Notes: generated by a model not told the origin, from the letters alone. Positions 7,757 to 16,431 are shown, counted from the stretch's first letter. The stretch is DNA of 24,000 nucleotides from an uncultured Candidatus Saccharibacteria bacterium (GCA_964494845.1 CAZBSC010000002.1:22970-46969), one strand, 5' to 3'. Made by a program: numbers and translations.

Positions 7757-10700
7757 TTGCAAAATGAGTATCAGAATATGAAAGATGTTAACCTACCATC
7801 AAATGACATTGACGCAGACGATTTAAGAGCTTCTTCGTTAAATAATTCTGAGGTGATTGTTGGTAATGTCCAGAAGAAGTCTTTTTTTAAGAATAAAAAG
7901 GTACTGGGCATATGTTTGTTAGTAATTGGTTTACTAGGCCTATCTTACTTAGGTTTCTTGAATTTTTATAAAACCGCAGAAAAACAAGGCTTTAAAGATA
8001 TAGTAATTGGCGATACGACAATCACTAAAGCCGATATTGATAGATATGCTCGAAGTATCGAGAATTATAAGAAAGATAATCCTGACCTGAAATTTAATCA
8101 GTCAGCAAGCGAGATAGCTATAGATGATTTGGTTATGAACGCGGCGCTAATAAAAGAAGCAAAAGAGCGCAAAAAGTCTTTAACAGAGGCAGAGCTTAGA
8201 AAGATCTATAAGATTCCAAAAACTACTACTGATTATCAAGCGACAGTTAAATCCTGGAAGTCTTACGATGGGTCGGGCTATTTTGTCTATACGGTTGAAG
8301 AAAATCTACAATTACGCAAGAAACTAACAGAGGATATTTTGGCGAAGAAATCAATATTTCTAACAGCTGTCAATTTTGACGCGCCATTTTTTAGATTAGA
8401 AAAAAACGCCAACAAGTTAAAGGGTCTTCATGAACAAGCTAAAGACAGACTAACCAAAGAGCTATTGCCGTTATTCCAGAAAAAACTTAGTAAATCAGAA
8501 ATTGCCAAAAAAGCCGATGTTAACTATGTCGATAACCAAAAAGAACCAAATGACATCTATAAACTTTTTATGAAAAAAATCGTGACTACTGCTGGTTATA
8601 TGGAGCAGTACACATCATCTCAAGTTAGCAATCCAAAATTTAACGATATGAAAACAATAGAAAAATCAGGCAAGCTTAACGAATCATTTTATGATTTGGA
8701 TAATGTTGATTACGGTATTTTAATAAATGACCTAAAAAATACTAATCAGGAAATTGATAAGTTAAAAAACGTCGGTGATTATACAGGAGTATTTGCTTCA
8801 AAGACAGGTAGATATATGATTGCTAGACTCGAGAAAAAGTCCGGTGGTGATTATTCTAACTGGGAAGAATTCTTAAATAAATACAAAGAACAGTCAATTC
8901 CAAAAGAGAACAAAATTTCTAAATCGTCCCAGAGTAATGCTAAAAAGTCGCCTAATCTTTTGTCGCAACTGGCGACTCCACAGACTGTGAAAGCCCAGAG
9001 CGTGGTTCCGGGCGGGTGCGGTAGTCATCAAATTACGGCTTCGATTGCATTAGTCTTTCCAAACGGAGCAAGTGCTCAAGCACTAGTAGCGATTAGTCAA
9101 TCAGCTAATGTATGTCTTCCTGGAGGTGCTAGCGCGTGGGGCGATGGATATGCATCAATTAGCGGTACCTGTTGGGGGTCACCACCTACTTCATCCTACA
9201 CTTTGCCTTCGGGCTATAGGGTTACGGCTGACCTAACAAGTACCTGGAGTCCAAGTGACACGAATGCTTACCATGTATGGCAAAGGATGGTTTATTTGGC
9301 AAGAAATTATAACCCGCCACCACCAAACCCACCACCAAACAATAATCCAGGAAACCCTGGAGGAAACCCCGGAAACAATCCTGTTGAGCCGACATGTTCA
9401 GTAAGCGCGACTCTGTCGCAAAATCCTACTACGCTCCAATACAACGTAACAATTTCTTGGTCAAGCAGTCATAACCAGAGTCAATCGCTAAGCTGGTCGG
9501 GTAGTGGCCAAAGTGGCGTAACCGTAGAACAAAATGTGACGAGTTTTCCGCGGACGTATACAGGCACATTTACGAATGGCAACTTTGATCCGCCTAGATC
9601 CGTGACCTGTTCTGACACTGTAAACTTAACGGGACCGCCACCACCTGAACTACCAACCTCACCAATGCTTCAACCGTATATGCGTGTCTATGGTAATGAC
9701 GTGATTGTCGGCAGTGTCTTTAAAAATGATGCCGGAGAATGTGAAACGACCAGTACTAGTGAACCGATAACTGGTATAACTAAATCTAAAATTGTCGATG
9801 ACAAACGGGTATATGCCGGTGCATCTGGTCAGTTCGCGGTTTTTGATAATAGTAAAGATGAATATTGGAAACCACCGTATGGAGACATCAAGCAGTTCTT
9901 TAGTGACAACCAGCGATCTCAGGCCTCTGTTGACCGTACTGAACTAGGCGGTCTTACAATGCCCGGAAATACCATACCCCCCAATGACTTAACTTTCGGC
10001 AATCATTATAGTGTTTACACGCCAAATAAATCTGGTAGCGATAAAGTAGATGATGTTAATTATCCAGGCTGGTGGAAACAAAAAAGTGGTAGAGTCCCAG
10101 CTTGGGGTGGCAATAGTGGATTAGTGATGTGCATACCAAATTATTATGGTGACACAGAAGCCGCTGGCGTTAAATCAGTTCCTGGAGGCATATTAAGCGA
10201 TATAGCCAGAACTCTTACCCTTCCGATTGAAGATACAGAGCGAAAACTACTACTCGTCAACGGTGATCTATTTATCGATAAAAATGTAAAGTATAAAAAT
10301 ACATCATGGGACAGCGTATCTGATATTCCTAATGTAACAGTAATCGTAAAAGGCAATATTAGAATAGACAAAGACGTCACACAACTTGACGGAATATATG
10401 TCGCTCAACCTAAAAATTCTGCTTCTGGCAATAATCCTGATGATGGAGGGTTAATATATACATGTTCTCAGATATATAGACCGTATCTTATTAGAGACCT
10501 AAGAGCAAATTGTGGCAAACAATTAGTTATCAACGGTTCCTTTATCTCTAAGAAAGTGATATTCCATAGGACTAAAGGTTCAGTTGTTTGTGATGAAAGA
10601 CTTCCAGCTACCGTCCCTTGTACCCCTGCAGAGCCAAATGAATCAGCAGACTCTGATAATATTGCCGAAGTCTTCAATTTTAGCCCAGAGGCCTATATGA

Positions 10701-10780
10701 CACCACTTAACGTCAGCTTGCAGTCGGCTTTACCATTCCAAAAGTACGATTCTATCACCAGCCTACCCCCAGTATTTTAA
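7757..10780 (+). CDS. large membrane-anchored modular surface protein: PpiD/PrsA-like chaperone module + Cys-bracketed beta modules + Pro-rich linkers + ~370-aa beta-rich C-terminal domain
   Basis: 1007-aa ORF from TTG 7757 (GGTG lies 8 nt upstream); ATG 7778 is the alternative start. TM helix at aa 49-70. SurA_N/PpiD-like segment DIVIGDTTITKADIDRY...AIDDLVMNAALIKEAKERKKSLTEAEL. Degenerate parvulin end GVFASKTGRYMIARLEKK. See the finding for the remaining modules. Confidence 0.8.
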   Translation: MQNEYQNMKDVNLPSNDIDADDLRASSLNNSEVIVGNVQKKSFFKNKKVLGICLLVIGLLGLSYLGFLNFYKTAEKQGFKDIVIGDTTITKADIDRYARSIENYKKDNPDLKFNQSASEIAIDDLVMNAALIKEAKERKKSLTEAELRKIYKIPKTTTDYQATVKSWKSYDGSGYFVYTVEENLQLRKKLTEDILAKKSIFLTAVNFDAPFFRLEKNANKLKGLHEQAKDRLTKELLPLFQKKLSKSEIAKKADVNYVDNQKEPNDIYKLFMKKIVTTAGYMEQYTSSQVSNPKFNDMKTIEKSGKLNESFYDLDNVDYGILINDLKNTNQEIDKLKNVGDYTGVFASKTGRYMIARLEKKSGGDYSNWEEFLNKYKEQSIPKENKISKSSQSNAKKSPNLLSQLATPQTVKAQSVVPGGCGSHQITASIALVFPNGASAQALVAISQSANVCLPGGASAWGDGYASISGTCWGSPPTSSYTLPSGYRVTADLTSTWSPSDTNAYHVWQRMVYLARNYNPPPPNPPPNNNPGNPGGNPGNNPVEPTCSVSATLSQNPTTLQYNVTISWSSSHNQSQSLSWSGSGQSGVTVEQNVTSFPRTYTGTFTNGNFDPPRSVTCSDTVNLTGPPPPELPTSPMLQPYMRVYGNDVIVGSVFKNDAGECETTSTSEPITGITKSKIVDDKRVYAGASGQFAVFDNSKDEYWKPPYGDIKQFFSDNQRSQASVDRTELGGLTMPGNTIPPNDLTFGNHYSVYTPNKSGSDKVDDVNYPGWWKQKSGRVPAWGGNSGLVMCIPNYYGDTEAAGVKSVPGGILSDIARTLTLPIEDTERKLLLVNGDLFIDKNVKYKNTSWDSVSDIPNVTVIVKGNIRIDKDVTQLDGIYVAQPKNSASGNNPDDGGLIYTCSQIYRPYLIRDLRANCGKQLVINGSFISKKVIFHRTKGSVVCDERLPATVPCTPAEPNESADSDNIAEVFNFSPEAYMTPLNVSLQSALPFQKYDSITSLPPVF

Positions 10781-10824
10781 CCAAAAATAACAGAAAATAT
10801 ACTTGCCTTCGACGGTTATGCTTA

Positions 10825-10833
10825 TGGTATACT
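10825..10833 (+). promoter_or_regulatory. extended -10 promoter element TGgTATACT upstream of pilM
   Basis: TGgTATACT ends 9 nt before the pilM ATG. A weak -35-like TTGCCT (10803-10808) sits at 19-nt spacing. There is no SD before pilM. Confidence 0.4.
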
Positions 10834-10842
10834 GGTCATAAG

Positions 10843-11883
10843 ATGAGTTTATTGTCCGGAGTATCTGATTTTTTTGGACTTGATCTCGGCACCACAGCAG
10901 TTAGAGTCGTAGAGTTAAGAGGGGGTGGGCCGACCAAGCAGTTGTTTAAGTACGCCTCCGCGCCAATAAATAGTGCGATTGCAGCTAGTGATGCTGATAA
11001 TGATCAACATAAAGTAGCTCAAGTTATCCATGATTTAATAACTACATCGCAAATATCAACTAGAAATGTTGCTGTCGGTATACCGTCGTACAAGGTATTC
11101 ACGACAGTGGTGGATATAGATAGACTTTCGCCTAATGATCTAGCTAAAACTATCCGACTTCAGGCGGATTCTCTTATACCAACACCGCTTTCAGAGTCAA
11201 AAATAGACTGGGCAGTAATAGGAGATTCACCCAAGGATAAATCTAAACAAGAAGTCTTATTGACTAGTGTTACCAACGAATATATAGAAAAACAATTGGA
11301 TATTTTGGAGTCTATCGGTCTGAATGTTATAGCTTTCGAACCGGACAATCTGGCGTTAGCCCGCGCAATGGTAGCCCCTGAATCGACAAATCCGCAGGTT
11401 GTTTTGGATATTGGCCACAAGACTACTGATTTAGTGATAGTAATGAATGGTGCCCCCAGGCTAACTAGATCTATCCCGACTGGGTCTGAGGCTATTTTAC
11501 GCTCGGCTGTACAGAACTTGGGCATAGATCAGAAACAAGCTGAACAGTTTGTTTTCAAGTTTGGTTTAAACAAGAACAAGTTAGAGGGACAAATCTACCA
11601 GTCTATTATCGGCACTGTAGATTTAATCGTTAGTGAAGTAGAAAAATCTATTAAATTTTTTCAAACACGCTACGTTGACACGCCTATTGATAGAATTGTT
11701 GTCACTGGTAATGCCGCTGGTCTCCCAGAGTTCCCACTTTACGTTGCTAATAAAACCGGCCTAAAAGTAGAAATAGGCAATGCCTGGAGAAATGTAGCCT
11801 ATCCCCAATCCCAACAAAATGAATTGTTATCAGTGTCCAATAATTTCGGAGTGTCAATCGGTCTGGCGGAGAGGATAGAATGA
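10843..11883 (+). CDS. pilM: type IV pilus assembly protein PilM (actin-like ATPase fold)
   Basis: 346 aa. FFGLDLGTTAVRVVELR, VVLDIGHKTTDLVIV and IVVTGNAAGLPEF are the actin-fold phosphate/adenosine motifs typical of PilM. There is a 4-nt ATGA overlap with pilN. Confidence 0.9.
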   Translation: MSLLSGVSDFFGLDLGTTAVRVVELRGGGPTKQLFKYASAPINSAIAASDADNDQHKVAQVIHDLITTSQISTRNVAVGIPSYKVFTTVVDIDRLSPNDLAKTIRLQADSLIPTPLSESKIDWAVIGDSPKDKSKQEVLLTSVTNEYIEKQLDILESIGLNVIAFEPDNLALARAMVAPESTNPQVVLDIGHKTTDLVIVMNGAPRLTRSIPTGSEAILRSAVQNLGIDQKQAEQFVFKFGLNKNKLEGQIYQSIIGTVDLIVSEVEKSIKFFQTRYVDTPIDRIVVTGNAAGLPEFPLYVANKTGLKVEIGNAWRNVAYPQSQQNELLSVSNNFGVSIGLAERIE

Positions 11884-12566
11884 TCCAATTTAATCTATTA
11901 CCATCAGTAAAGATCGAGTACATAAAAGCAGCTAGGACGAAGCGCATGGTCATTACGGTCGCTGTTTTAGCCGCCGGCTTTGCCTTCCTTTTGTTCATGA
12001 TTCTATTCATAAACGTGAATGTGATACAAACCAAGCACATCAAGAACGTTACAAAAGATATAAAAGACAATGTGTCCAAATTGGAAGCAGTTGAAGATAT
12101 AGACAAGGTTCTTACGGTCCAAAACCAGCTGAAAGCACTCCCGCCACTACACGAACAAAAACCTGCAGCCAATAGAGCACTGAGTTACGTCAGAAAATTG
12201 ACACCAAAAGCAGCAAGCGTATCACAAGTATTAATTGACTTTGATGAATCTACAATTAGCATTGACGGGACAGCGAATTCTCTTGTAACAGTAAATAAGT
12301 TCGTTGATACGTTGAAATTTACAAAATATACAGTAGAAGGTTCTAATGAGTTAAAAAACGCATTTTCGGAAGTAGTGCTAAGTACATTCAGTATTAACGA
12401 CGCCGGAGCCACATTCCAAATCAAATTAAAATTTGATCCGGTTATTTTTGACAATACTAAGGACGTGCAGCTAATTGTCCCCAGTATAATATCTACCAGG
12501 TCCCAAACGGAAAAACCAACCGATCTATTCAAAGCGCCGGCAACTAGCAAAGATAGAGAAAACTAG
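11880..12566 (+). CDS. pilN: type IV pilus assembly protein PilN
   Basis: 228 aa. The N-terminal MIQFNLLP matches the conserved INLLP PilM-binding peptide. It is followed by a single TM helix (VITVAVLAAGFAFLLFMILFI) and a periplasmic-type domain. Confidence 0.8.
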   Translation: MIQFNLLPSVKIEYIKAARTKRMVITVAVLAAGFAFLLFMILFINVNVIQTKHIKNVTKDIKDNVSKLEAVEDIDKVLTVQNQLKALPPLHEQKPAANRALSYVRKLTPKAASVSQVLIDFDESTISIDGTANSLVTVNKFVDTLKFTKYTVEGSNELKNAFSEVVLSTFSINDAGATFQIKLKFDPVIFDNTKDVQLIVPSIISTRSQTEKPTDLFKAPATSKDREN

Positions 12567-12577
12567 TAAGGAAAAAC

Positions 12578-13246
12578 ATGGCAAAAAGACACGTATCACA
12601 AAAAGTAACTCAGATTGACAGGGCGAATACCACCATGGTTGTTTGTGTGGCTGTGTCTGCATTCATCTTTATTTTTTCACTTGTAGCCAGTCACGCCCTT
12701 TGGTCCAAGATGTCTTACCAGAGCAAGATTATAGGTGCTAAAGAAAAGGCAAGAGACCAGCTGATTGCAAATATTAATAAAGTCGGGAATCTGGTGGTAT
12801 CTTATAAAGCATTTGTAGAAACTGCCGACAATATATTAGGCGGGAGTCCATCTGGAAAAGGCGACAAAGATGGGAACAACGCAAAGATTGTGTTGGATGC
12901 ATTGCCAAGCAAATATGATTTCCCTGGCCTGACGACAAGTATCGAAAAAATTCTAAAGAATAATAACAGTTCTATTAACAGTATTAGCGGGACTGATGAT
13001 GAACTTTCTCAGGTTAGTAAAAATAATAGCAATCAGCCTATTGCAATGTCATTCAAGCTCTCTGCCGATGGTACATACGATTCTACGCAGAAATTACTAG
13101 GATTACTGCAGAATTCAATTAGACCAATTCACGTTAAGCAACTAGGATTGGCCAGTGCCGAAAATGGCATAGAGGTGACAGTCACCGCGGACAGTTACTA
13201 TCAGCCAGAAAAAACTCTAACCATTCAGAAGAAGGTGATTAAGTAG
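12578..13246 (+). CDS. pilO: PilO-like type IV pilus assembly protein
   Basis: 222 aa with SD AAGGA. It has a short N-terminus, a TM helix (MVVCVAVSAFIFIFSLVA), a coiled-coil segment and then an alpha/beta region. The call rests on position after pilN and on topology, not on motifs. Confidence 0.6.
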   Translation: MAKRHVSQKVTQIDRANTTMVVCVAVSAFIFIFSLVASHALWSKMSYQSKIIGAKEKARDQLIANINKVGNLVVSYKAFVETADNILGGSPSGKGDKDGNNAKIVLDALPSKYDFPGLTTSIEKILKNNNSSINSISGTDDELSQVSKNNSNQPIAMSFKLSADGTYDSTQKLLGLLQNSIRPIHVKQLGLASAENGIEVTVTADSYYQPEKTLTIQKKVIK

Positions 13247-13247
13247 C

Positions 13248-13499
13248 ATGAAACAAAAAGATATTGCAGTCATCGTAGTAGTAGTCGTTATTAGTGGTTT
13301 TATTTCGTATTTTGTATCTAACGCCTTGTTTTCATCCCCCAAACGTCTTAAGACAGAGGTCGAGGTTGTGGAGCCTATAAGTGCTAGCTTTAGCCAGCCA
13401 GACAAACGTTACTTCAATAAGTCTTCTATCAATCCCACGCAGACAATTACTATAGGTGATAGCGAGAATCAACAACCATTTCAGCAGTCGAGTAACTAA
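13248..13499 (+). CDS. small single-pass membrane protein in the pilMNO-pilB junction
   Basis: 83 aa. SD GAAGGTGA lies 9 nt upstream, and the start is 1 nt after the pilO-like stop. TM helix IAVIVVVVVISGFISYFVSNALF, then a polar tail. No family recognised. Confidence 0.5.
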   Translation: MKQKDIAVIVVVVVISGFISYFVSNALFSSPKRLKTEVEVVEPISASFSQPDKRYFNKSSINPTQTITIGDSENQQPFQQSSN

Positions 13500-13513
13500 G
13501 GGAGACTAGACCT

Positions 13514-15304
13514 ATGAGTGTCTTGTCTGAAGATATACAAAAACAAGTCGAGCAAGCTTTAATTAGTAAAAATTTGCTCGATGCTGATTTAGCGAAACGA
13601 CTTCGGCAAAAAGCCACTGATCAAAGTACGCCATTTTTACAATTGCTAGTGGTAGAGGGCGGTATATCCAATGAAGTTCTGACAAAAACAATAGCTAACG
13701 TCACCAACGTTCCTTACGTAAATCTCAGTAACGCAAAAGTAGATGCTAACGTGTTGGCGTTGTTACCTCAAGATATCGCCGAACTATACATGACTGTGCC
13801 ATTGGGCGAGATGCAACATCGCCTAGTGGTTGCAATGCTAGATGCAGACAACATACAAGCTGTTGATTTCCTGTCAAATAAAATAGGTCGTCCACTGAAG
13901 GTATACGCTGCTTCTGAAGAGGGCATCCGAAGAGTTCTGAGCCAGTACGAGTCCAAGATAGATCAAAATGTAGCCAACGCCTTCAAAAAGCCGGACGAAA
14001 CCACTGAGACAGAGTCCTCAAAAGAAGCTGCGATAGCACAAAATAATATAGAGTCAGTTGTTGCCGATTCACCAATTAGCAAGGCGTTATCCGCGATACT
14101 AGAATACGCCGCAAATAATAGAGCTAGTGATATACACATCGAGCCGTTGGCGGAAGAGATTAAAATACGAGCTCGAATAGATGGCGTACTGCGAGAAATA
14201 ATGAGATTACCAAAGAGCACAGAAGCGCCGCTAGTATCTAGGATAAAAATTTTGGCTAGTCTAAAGATTGACGAACACCGCATTCCTCAAGATGGACAAT
14301 TTACCGTACGCGTTGCCAGGCGTGATATAGATCTGCGAATTGCAATATCCCCTGTGGTGTGGGGGGAGCAGGTTGTAATCAGGCTGCTAGACAAATCTGG
14401 AACCAGCCTAAAACTAGAAGAAATGGGATATATGGGCCGCTCTCTAAAGCAAATTAGGGAAGCTTTGAAATTTTCTAATGGCATGGTTCTTACATCTGGT
14501 CCTACCGGATCAGGAAAATCTACGTCAATGTATGCCTTGATCCAGGAAATTAAAAGTGAAGAAATAAACATAGTCACACTGGAAGACCCGGTTGAATACA
14601 AAATGCCTGGTGTAAACCAAATACAGGTTAATAACGAAGTAGGACTGACTTTTGCAAGTGGTCTGAGATCGATACTGCGCCAAGACCCAAATGTTGTAAT
14701 GGTCGGAGAGATTAGAGATAAAGAAACCGCTCAATTATCTGTTCAGGCCGCATTAACTGGGCACCTTGTGTTTTCGACGCTGCATACTAACTCTGCTGCC
14801 GGCATTCTGCCGCGACTACTTGATATGGGCATAGAACCATTCCTAATCGCTAGTACTGTCCGGGCAGTTATTGGCCAAAGACTAGTTAGGCGTATCGGTG
14901 AGGACAAAGAAGAATACAAGTCCAGCCCGACCGAAACAGAGGCTATTAGATCGACCATAGGTCATTTATTGCCCGAAACTGAACAAGAGGCAGCTAAAGT
15001 GGCGCTTGAATTAGGCTATAAAAGCTTGCCACTAAGTGGCCAAACCGCTTATACTTTGTACAAGGGCAAAGACGGCCCCGATGCGCCCGGTGGATATAAG
15101 GGACGAATGGGCTTGTATGAGGTATTTAATATCAACGAAGATATCCAAAATCTCATACTAAAGCATTCAACAAGTGCTGAAATCCAAAAAGCCGCGCAAG
15201 CCCAAGGCATGATAAGCATGCGTCAAGACGGGTACTTGAAGGCTCTGGCCGGATTAACAACACTAGCAGAGGTAAATAGGGTGGCGGGAACAGAAAGCGC
15301 CTAA
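13514..15304 (+). CDS. pilB: type IV pilus assembly (extension) ATPase PilB/GspE family
   Basis: 596 aa with SD AAGGGAG. It has an N-terminal T2SSE_N-type domain, Walker A GPTGSGKS, Walker B/Asp box VVMVGEIRD, and His box GHLVFSTLHTN. Confidence 0.95.
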   Translation: MSVLSEDIQKQVEQALISKNLLDADLAKRLRQKATDQSTPFLQLLVVEGGISNEVLTKTIANVTNVPYVNLSNAKVDANVLALLPQDIAELYMTVPLGEMQHRLVVAMLDADNIQAVDFLSNKIGRPLKVYAASEEGIRRVLSQYESKIDQNVANAFKKPDETTETESSKEAAIAQNNIESVVADSPISKALSAILEYAANNRASDIHIEPLAEEIKIRARIDGVLREIMRLPKSTEAPLVSRIKILASLKIDEHRIPQDGQFTVRVARRDIDLRIAISPVVWGEQVVIRLLDKSGTSLKLEEMGYMGRSLKQIREALKFSNGMVLTSGPTGSGKSTSMYALIQEIKSEEINIVTLEDPVEYKMPGVNQIQVNNEVGLTFASGLRSILRQDPNVVMVGEIRDKETAQLSVQAALTGHLVFSTLHTNSAAGILPRLLDMGIEPFLIASTVRAVIGQRLVRRIGEDKEEYKSSPTETEAIRSTIGHLLPETEQEAAKVALELGYKSLPLSGQTAYTLYKGKDGPDAPGGYKGRMGLYEVFNINEDIQNLILKHSTSAEIQKAAQAQGMISMRQDGYLKALAGLTTLAEVNRVAGTESA

Positions 15305-15327
15305 TAAAAGGGGAATTTATCATAATT

Positions 15328-16422
15328 ATGGGCACGACAAATACAACCAGTACATCTCAGGGAGAGATAAGAATCGAACCATTGCTTGATGAAGTAATAA
15401 AGAAAAAAGCTTCAGATCTTCATCTTCAGGTCGGGTTACCGCCTATTTTGAGAATTGATGGTAAGCTTGGGCCTGTTTCTGAAGCCAACTTGCTCACCGA
15501 AGAAAGTATCGAGACGTTAATTTTTTCAATTTTAGATGATGATCAAAAAAAGATTCTCCTAAAAGACAAAGAATTTGATTTTAGTTTTGCATACGGTGAT
15601 TTAGGTAGGTTTCGTGTTAATGCTTTCCACGAGCGTGGTAACATCGCTGCGGCATTGCGGCTCATTCCTAACCAATTGTTGACGGTGGAACAACTAGGAT
15701 TGCCGCAAATTGTCAATAAATTTGCTGATTTCCCAAGAGGTCTGGTGCTGGTTACGGGTCCAACTGGGTCTGGTAAATCAACTACGTTGGCTGCTTTGGT
15801 AGACAAGATAAATACTGAACGATCCGACCATATAGTTACCATTGAAGACCCGGTAGAATTTACCCATAAATCCAAGAAATCTGTAGTTGTACAACGCGAA
15901 GTTCATTATGATACCTATTCGTTTTCAGCCGCTCTTAGGAGCAGTCTACGCCAGGATCCAGATGTGGTCTTGATAGGAGAAATGCGTGACCTAGAGACGA
16001 TTGCAGCAGCTATTACAATTGCCGAGACAGGACACCTAGTTTTTGCCACATTACACACCAATAGCGCAGCTCAATCAATCGACAGGATGATAGATGTTTT
16101 TCCTCCTCACCAACAACCACAAATTCGTTCTCAATTGGCAAATATACTAATGGCAATATGTTCTCAGCGATTAATTCCGTCAATTGGTGGGGGAAGACAC
16201 GCTGCTGCGGAAATTTTGATTGCTACGCCAGCCGTAAGAAATATTATTCGCGAAGGAAAGAGTCACCAGCTAGAGGCCGTCATACAAACAGGATCAGAAT
16301 TTGGCATGCAATCTATGGATAAAACGCTAGTTGGGATGGTTCAAAAAGGTCTTATTACTTATGATGAAGCTCGAAATTACGCTGTTGATCTAGACGAGTT
16401 AGACCGAATGATGAGGACTTGA
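15328..16422 (+). CDS. pilT: type IV pilus retraction (twitching) ATPase PilT
   Basis: 364 aa. ASDLHL, Walker A GPTGSGKST, VVLIGEMRD, GHLVFATLHTNSA, and the PilT-specific AVRNIIREGK motif. Confidence 0.95.
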   Translation: MGTTNTTSTSQGEIRIEPLLDEVIKKKASDLHLQVGLPPILRIDGKLGPVSEANLLTEESIETLIFSILDDDQKKILLKDKEFDFSFAYGDLGRFRVNAFHERGNIAAALRLIPNQLLTVEQLGLPQIVNKFADFPRGLVLVTGPTGSGKSTTLAALVDKINTERSDHIVTIEDPVEFTHKSKKSVVVQREVHYDTYSFSAALRSSLRQDPDVVLIGEMRDLETIAAAITIAETGHLVFATLHTNSAAQSIDRMIDVFPPHQQPQIRSQLANILMAICSQRLIPSIGGGRHAAAEILIATPAVRNIIREGKSHQLEAVIQTGSEFGMQSMDKTLVGMVQKGLITYDEARNYAVDLDELDRMMRT

Positions 16423-16431
16423 TAATAGACT

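Noticed and set aside
11160-12550. Long antisense ORFs opposite pilM/pilN (11160-11525, 11747-12172, 12185-12550), and similar ones opposite pilB, pilT, pilC, the minor pilins, ychF and xer (for example 13963-14283, 15543-15875, 16602-16934, 19612-19980, 20643-21029, 22507-22866).
   Set aside because: Each lies fully inside a well-supported gene on the other strand, lacks an SD, and has low-complexity, Ser/Leu-rich shadow-frame composition. They are typical antisense open frames.
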